Assembly (NCBI GenBank): GCA_030141605.1
Contig: JAQGDQ010000498.1
Span: 62,001-126,000 of the forward strand
DNA length: 64,000 nt
From: Tubiluchus corallicola
Taxonomy: Eukaryota > Animalia > Priapulida
Direction: 5' to 3'
Below are positions 62,395 through 64,000 of this stretch, piece after piece. The translations under genes and the position numbers were made by a program. Every line of letters begins with the position of its first letter. Within the stretch, counting starts at the first letter, position 1. The notes below the pieces were generated by a model, which saw nothing but the letters and a program-made list of their open reading frames with translations, had not been told where the DNA came from and did not search any database.

Positions 62395-63765
62395 AGTCCT
62401 TCTGCTTATCCAGCAGTGTTGCTTATTCAGCAGTGGCTGCTTATTCAGCAGGGTTGCTTATTCAGCAGTGGTTGTTTATTCAGCAGAGCTGCTTATTCAG
62501 CAGTGGTTGTTTATTCAGCAGGGTTGCTTATTTAGCAGTGTTGCTTATTCAGCAGGGTTGCTTATTTAGCAGTGTTGCTTATTCAGCAGTGGTTGTTTAT
62601 TCAGCAGAGCTGCTTATTCAGCAGTGGCTGCTTATTCAGCAGAGCTGCTTATTCAGCAGTGGTTGTTTATTCAGCAGAGCTGCTTATTCAGCAGAGCTGC
62701 TTATTCAGCAGTGGCTGCTTATTCAGCAGAGCTGCTTATTCAGCAGTGGTTGTTTATTCAGCAGAGCTGCTTATTCAGCAGTGGTTGTTTATTCAGCAGG
62801 GCTGCTTATTCAGCAGTGGTTGTTTATTCAGCAGAGCTGCTTATTCAGCAGTGGTTGTTTATTCAGCAGGGTTGCTTATTTAGCAGTGTTGCTTATTCAG
62901 CAGGGTTGCTTATTTAGCAGTGTTGCTTATTCAGCAGGGTTGCTTATTTAGCAGTGTTGCTTATTCAGCAGTGGTTGTTTATTCAGCAGAGCTGCTTATT
63001 CAGCAGTGGCTGCTTATTCAGCAGAGCTGCTTATTCAGCAGTGGTTGTTTATTCAGCAGAGCTGCTTATTCAGCAGAGCTGCTTATTCAGCAGTGGCTGC
63101 TTATTCAGCAGAGCTGCTTATTCAGCAGTGGTTGTTTATTCAGCAGAGCTGCTTATTCAGCAGTGGTTGTTTATTCAGCAGGGTTGCTTATTCAGCAGTG
63201 GTTGTTTATTCAGCAGAGCTGCTTATTCAGCAGTGGTTGTTTATTCAGCAGGGTTGCTTATTTAGCAGTGTTGCTTATTCAGCAGGGTTGCTTATTTAGC
63301 AGTGTTGCTTATTCAGCAGTGGTTGTTTATTCAGCAGAGCTGCTTATTCAGCAGTGGCTGCTTATTCAGCAGAGCTGCTTATTCAGCAGTGGTTGTTTAT
63401 TCAGCAGAGCTGCTTATTCAGCAGAGCTGCTTATTCAGCAGTGGCTGCTTATTCAGCAGAGCTGCTTATTCAGCAGTGGTTGTTTATTCAGCAGAGCTGC
63501 TTATTCAGCAGTGGTTGTTTATTCAGCAGGGCTGCTTATTCAGCAGTGGTTGTTTATTCAGCAGGGTTGCTTATTTAGCAGTGTTGCTTATTCAGCAGTG
63601 GCTGCTTATTTAGCAGGGCTGCTTATTCAGCAGTGGTTGTTTATTCAGCAGTGGTTGCTTATTCAGCAGGGCTGCTTATTCAGCAGTGGTTGCTTATTCA
63701 GCAAGGGCTGCTTATTCAGCAGTGGCTGCTTATTCAGCAGGGTTGCTTATTCAGCAGTGGCTGCG
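62395..63765. repeat. 17-18-bp satellite with ~350-380-bp higher-order blocks
   Basis: Core (G/T)TGCTTATTCAGCAG with variable TG/TGG/AG/GG linkers; identical blocks recur at 62572, 62954 and 63302. Confidence 0.97.
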
Positions 63766-64000
63766 TTTGCTCCTGAAACTCCTCTTTTTATAGGAGGCTT
63801 ATCTACTCTCGTCACGTGACTTCTGTAGAGTTTTGTGTTTCTGGCGTCCTGGCAACAAATTGCCAGCTATTGCCCAATGTATATTTTGTTGATAAGTGAT
63901 TATTATAATGTTAATTTTACATAATAAATGTATTCAAGAATTATTTAAACACTTTACATGTTTCATTTTAACGTTATCGAAGATATAATGTAATTATTTA

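Noticed and set aside
62433-63819. Multiple overlapping ORFs and a CRISPR-like periodic look
   Set aside because: Short-period satellite with no unique spacers and no cas genes; eukaryotic context.

Overview
AT-rich, intron-containing animal (invertebrate metazoan) genomic DNA; it is not prokaryotic. Three spliced host genes were reconstructed by hand from GT-AG boundaries. (1) The last two coding exons of a GPR107/GPR108 (LUSTR) family gene on +. (2) A complete 10-exon GPI-anchor transamidase PIGK/GPI8 on - (8402-26427, 369 aa), which appears to lack the C-terminal transmembrane helix. (3) A divergently oriented 10-exon + strand gene (about 28359-41072, about 665 aa) with helical ARM-like segments, an apparent extended-Tudor frame whose Tudor core is missing, and a C-terminal Schlafen/AlbA_2 domain with a partly altered catalytic motif; this is the most interesting locus. 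Introns are packed with minisatellites, several seeded from transposon termini or a splice donor, and with MITEs; one PIGK intron holds a decayed ankyrin-repeat gene. The last ~21 kb is a nested transposon graveyard: a Sola-like transposase, a Gypsy gag/protease split by a TGT..ACA MITE with a 5-bp TSD, a BEL/Pao fragment split by a 1.2-kb solo LTR, a hAT transposase internally amplified together with a captured spliced 5' gene fragment, and a Gypsy 3' half with a C2H2 zinc-finger ORF in the env position. Most long ORFs in the supplied track are minisatellite artefacts. All family assignments are from motif recognition, not database searches.
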